Shown here piece by piece: positions 43,376-46,766 of a stretch of 46,766 nt of DNA. The notes under the pieces were generated by a model, which did no database searches, was not told where the DNA came from, and saw only the letters and a program-made list of their open reading frames with translations. The stretch lies in the NCBI GenBank assembly GCA_050745425.1, contig JBOGKK010000004.1:1-46766 (forward strand), written 5' to 3'. Position 1 is the stretch's first letter. Each line of letters begins with the position of its first letter. The stretch comes from Terriglobales bacterium (lineage in GTDB: Bacteria > Acidobacteriota > Terriglobia > Terriglobales > SCQP01). Position numbers and translations under genes: made by a program.

Positions 43376-45928
43376 TCAGCCGAGGTCGCGCCAGTTGGGG
43401 CCGATGCCGACCTCGACGCGAAGCGGAACGGCAAGCTCGGCCACTCCTTCCATGGCTTCCCGCACGACTGCGGCCAGCGCCGGCGCCTGCGGCTGCGGCA
43501 CCTCCAGCACCAGCTCGTCATGCACCTGCAGCAAAAGGCGCGCGTTGTGCGCCGCCAGCTGCGGCTGCAGATGAATCATCGCCAGTTTGATCAGATCGGC
43601 GGCGGTGCCCTGCAGCGGCGTATTGATGGCGGTGCGCTCGGCAAAGCCGCGCAGGGTGGGATTGCGGGAGTCTAAATTGGGGATCGGCCGCACCCGCCCG
43701 AACAGGGTCCGCACCTTGCCCTCGCGCCGCGCTTCCGCCAGACAGCGTTCGATGTAGGTTTTGACGCCGGCGTAACGCTCGAAATAACGGCGGATGAAGC
43801 CTGCCGCCTCGCTTTGTGGAATGCCCAACTGCCGGGCCAGCCCAAACGCCGACAGACCATACACAATGCCAAAGTTCACCGCCTTGGCGCGCCGGCGGTG
43901 TTCATCGCTCACCAGCAGCGGCGGCACGCCGAACACTTCCGCCGCGGTCAGCCGATGAATATCCGTGTCGCCGCGAAATGCCTGCAGGAGCAGCGGGTCC
44001 TGACTGAAATGCGCCAACAGACGCAGCTCAATCTGGGAATAATCGACCGAGAGCAGCAGGTGGCCGGGGTCGGGCACGAACGCGGCACGGATTTGCCGCC
44101 CCACTTCCGTGCGCACGGGAATGTTCTGCAGATTCGGATTGACGGAGGCCAACCGCCCGGTGGCCGAACCAGCAATGACGAACGTGGTATGCACGCGTCC
44201 GGTTTCCGGCCGGATGAGCGGCGGCAACGCATCCACATACGTCGACTTCAGCTTGGTCCACTGCCGGAACTCCAGAATCGGAGGAATCACGGCATGTTCG
44301 ATCAGCGTCTCGAGCACGTCGACCGCGGTCGAAGGCACTTTCGTCTTGCCCCGCCGGGCGGGCGCCGGAAGTCCAAGCCTGGTAAACAAAACTTCGGCAA
44401 GCTGTTGCGGTGAGTTGAGGTTGAAGCGGCAGCCTGCCAGCTCGAACACCGTTTCCTGGCAGGCGAGCGCGCGCCGCTCCAACTCCAGTGAAAGCACTCG
44501 TAAAGGTTCCGGATCGAGCCGAACGCCCGCCGCCTCCATGGCTTCCAGCACCGGGAGCAGCGGCAGATCGATGTCGCGATAGACGGGCCATTGGCCGGAG
44601 GCGCGCACCCGCGGCTCGAGTTCGGTGGCGGCCCGAGCCGCGGAGCGCGCCGCCTGCCCGGCATCGCCATCGCCGTCTGGCAACGCCAGACGGCGCGCCA
44701 CGGCTGCCAGCGCAAAACTCGGCTGCGTGGGGTCGTCGAGATACGCCAGCAAGCCGACATCGGCAATGCGCTCTGGGTCCAAAACCGGCCGTTGCAGGCG
44801 CAGCGGCTCCAAACCGGCACGGATGGCCCGTGCATCTTCCCAACTCCAGCGCTGGCGTCCGTCTGCCAGTGCCGCAGACAGTAAATCATGGCGGGCGCCG
44901 ACCAGCTCAGGGCCGGCAACACCGGCGGCATCGCTGCGGGCAATGCCAAGGCGGCCGTCAGCGCCCACGGCCAGCCCCAAGCGTTCGCCGGAGTGCAACA
45001 GCTCATCCAGTCCCAGTGGATCGAGCACGGCGGAGGCCGGCGGAGGCGACGCCGGCGCCGCCGCCAGTCCCTGCAGCAAGTGATGGAACTCCAGTTCGGT
45101 AAACAGCGCCCGGCAACGATCTTCATCCCGGGCCTGGACGCGCCAGGCATCGGGTGTATAGGCAATCGGCACGGCGGTGGAAATGGTTGCGAGCTCTTTG
45201 CTCATGAGAATCTGCTCGCGGTGATTCTGCAGCGACTCGCGGTAGGTTTTGCGTGCAACTTCGGCGGCGCGGTCGAGAGCGGCCGCGACCGAACCGAACT
45301 GGGTGATGATCTGCTGCGCGCCTTTTTCGCCAATCCCCGGTGCGCCCGGAATGTTATCAACGGCGTCGCCCCGTAACGCCAGATAGTCGGCGACCTGTTC
45401 GGGGCGCACCCCCAGCTTCGCCACTACCTGCTCGGCATCGAGCATGAGATTCGTACTGGGGTTATAAACGCGCACCAAGGGGGCCACGAGCTGCAACAGA
45501 TCCTTATCGCTGGAAACGATCACGACCTCATCCCCAGCCGCTGCCGCCTGCCGCGCCAGCGTACCGATTACATCGTCGGCCTCGAATCCGGCGGCTTGCA
45601 GAATTGGCACCCGGTAGGCCTCCAGCGCCTGGCGGATATAAGGGATCTGGGGTCCGAGAGTTTCCGGCATGGCCGCCCGATTCGCCTTGTAGGCGGCGAA
45701 ACGCTCATCGCGGAACGTCGGACCGGCCAAATCAAACACGGCCACCAGCGCCGGCGGCTGCTGCTCCTGCATCAGCTTGCGCAGCATATTCACAAAACCG
45801 AGCACCGCCTGCGTGGGCACGCCTTGCGCGTTGCTAAGGGGCGGCAGGGCATGAAAGGCCCGGAACACATAGCCCATGGCATCAATCAGGTACAAGCGGG
45901 CCGCCGGCTGCATTTCGGAACTTGGCAT
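43376..45928 (-). CDS. polA: DNA polymerase I
   Basis: 5'-nuclease N-terminus (LYLIDAMGYVFRAFHALP). Pol motifs A (LLSVDYSQIELRLLAH), B (RRRAKAVNFGIVYG) and C (QVHDELVLE). The start is set at MPSSEM; the ORF extends 20 codons further upstream. Confidence 0.95.
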   Translation of the reverse strand: MPSSEMQPAARLYLIDAMGYVFRAFHALPPLSNAQGVPTQAVLGFVNMLRKLMQEQQPPALVAVFDLAGPTFRDERFAAYKANRAAMPETLGPQIPYIRQALEAYRVPILQAAGFEADDVIGTLARQAAAAGDEVVIVSSDKDLLQLVAPLVRVYNPSTNLMLDAEQVVAKLGVRPEQVADYLALRGDAVDNIPGAPGIGEKGAQQIITQFGSVAAALDRAAEVARKTYRESLQNHREQILMSKELATISTAVPIAYTPDAWRVQARDEDRCRALFTELEFHHLLQGLAAAPASPPPASAVLDPLGLDELLHSGERLGLAVGADGRLGIARSDAAGVAGPELVGARHDLLSAALADGRQRWSWEDARAIRAGLEPLRLQRPVLDPERIADVGLLAYLDDPTQPSFALAAVARRLALPDGDGDAGQAARSAARAATELEPRVRASGQWPVYRDIDLPLLPVLEAMEAAGVRLDPEPLRVLSLELERRALACQETVFELAGCRFNLNSPQQLAEVLFTRLGLPAPARRGKTKVPSTAVDVLETLIEHAVIPPILEFRQWTKLKSTYVDALPPLIRPETGRVHTTFVIAGSATGRLASVNPNLQNIPVRTEVGRQIRAAFVPDPGHLLLSVDYSQIELRLLAHFSQDPLLLQAFRGDTDIHRLTAAEVFGVPPLLVSDEHRRRAKAVNFGIVYGLSAFGLARQLGIPQSEAAGFIRRYFERYAGVKTYIERCLAEARREGKVRTLFGRVRPIPNLDSRNPTLRGFAERTAINTPLQGTAADLIKLAMIHLQPQLAAHNARLLLQVHDELVLEVPQPQAPALAAVVREAMEGVAELAVPLRVEVGIGPNWRDLG

Positions 45929-46023
45929 CGCGTTCGATTTTAGCGGAACCAGCGACGGCCGGGGCAGCCCTGAGCAATGCACACGCATCTAAACTTGCCT
46001 GTGAACGGTTACACTGGGTGACA

Positions 46024-46766
46024 ATGAAAATTTGCATTATCGGTGCCGGCTACGTAGGTCTGACGTCGGGTGCCTGCTTGGCGGCGATTGGGCACGATGT
46101 GGTATGCGTAGATGCCGATAGCGCCAAAATCGCGATGCTGCAATCCGGCGGCGTTCCAATTTTCGAAGAACGCCTGCCGGAAGTGATTGCAGCCGCGCGC
46201 ACGGCGGGCAAACTCACGTTCACGGCCGATATCAGCGAAGCCATCCAGTTTGGTGAGGCCATTTTTATTTGCGTTGGCACACCACCCGATGCCGACGGCA
46301 AGGCGAATCTGGCCGCGGTTGAGGTGGTGACGCGCGCCATCGCCGCCCACGCCCGCGGCTACCGGCTGATCGTCAGCAAGAGCACCGTGCCGGTGCACAC
46401 GGGCGATCAGATTCAGCGCGTGCTGGCCACCTACGGCAAGGGTTTGGACTTTGACGTTGCCTCCAACCCCGAGTTCCTGCGTGAAGGCACGGGCGTGTAC
46501 GATTTTTTTCATCCCGACCGCATCGTGGTTGGCGGCGGCGAGCGCGCCGCCGCAGCCCTGCGCAAAATCTACGCCCCGGTGCTGGAGGGCACCGGCCACT
46601 GCGGCTGGCACGACCGGCCCACTCGCGGGTGTGGCTGGAAAGCTCCGGTCTGGGTCGCTACCGATGTCACCAGTGCGGAATTGATCAAACATGCCTCGAA
46701 TTCGTTCTTGTCGATGAAAATTTCCTACGCCAATGCCATTGCCGATATTTGCGAGCTGGCCGGCGC
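46024..46766 (+). CDS. ugd: UDP-glucose 6-dehydrogenase, 3'-truncated by the window end
   Basis: My own translation from the ATG at 46024: MKICIIGAGYVGLTSGACLAAIGHDVVCVD...EFLREG...AELIKHASNSFLSMKISYANAIADICE. The frame stays open to the window edge, so it is absent from the ORF track. Confidence 0.9.
   Translation, partial: MKICIIGAGYVGLTSGACLAAIGHDVVCVDADSAKIAMLQSGGVPIFEERLPEVIAAARTAGKLTFTADISEAIQFGEAIFICVGTPPDADGKANLAAVEVVTRAIAAHARGYRLIVSKSTVPVHTGDQIQRVLATYGKGLDFDVASNPEFLREGTGVYDFFHPDRIVVGGGERAAAALRKIYAPVLEGTGHCGWHDRPTRGCGWKAPVWVATDVTSAELIKHASNSFLSMKISYANAIADICELAG

Noticed and set aside
1-46766. Transposases, integrases, phage genes, tRNA or rRNA genes, CRISPR-Cas or recognisable defence-system cores
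   Set aside because: None of the six-frame translations shows DDE/HUH transposase, tyrosine or serine recombinase, Cas, restriction-modification or other defence signatures. Apart from vapBC, the window reads as core chromosome with a few accessory insertions.

Overview
High-GC chromosomal segment that looks acidobacterial (Terriglobia-like). The main clue is a translationally coupled PadR regulator plus ADOP-type duplicated orphan permease, a pairing typical of Acidobacteria. I can support about 45 protein genes. Most are housekeeping: nrdJ, DUF47-pit, glpX, a glutaryl-CoA-dehydrogenase-like ACAD, dus, a NarL-type two-component pair, miaA, ctaA, selD, galU, mpg, zapA, ymdB, polA and a partial ugd. 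Accessory content is a vapBC module, four secreted or lipoprotein hydrolases (M13, S10 and two tandem-duplicated esterase-like lipoproteins), three tandem FecR-domain paralogs, an NYN/OST-HTH protein and a membrane MutS-related ATPase behind an fRMsr-type GAF protein. I saw no rRNA, tRNA, CRISPR array, transposase or integrase. I did not find a convincing, complete novel multi-gene system. The best leads are: (1) a short hairpin-containing repeat family with three copies; the full copy has perfect 15-bp terminal inverted repeats and TAG/TAG flanks, so it may be a MITE or REP-like element targeting stop-codon CTAG sites; (2) the orphan FecR-like triad, with N-terminal signal peptides, C-terminal anchors and an in-frame 21-bp tandem repeat; (3) a Ser/Thr kinase N-terminal remnant next to the duplicated esterases, marking a rearrangement breakpoint. 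All family assignments come from motifs read by eye in the supplied translations. No database search was run.
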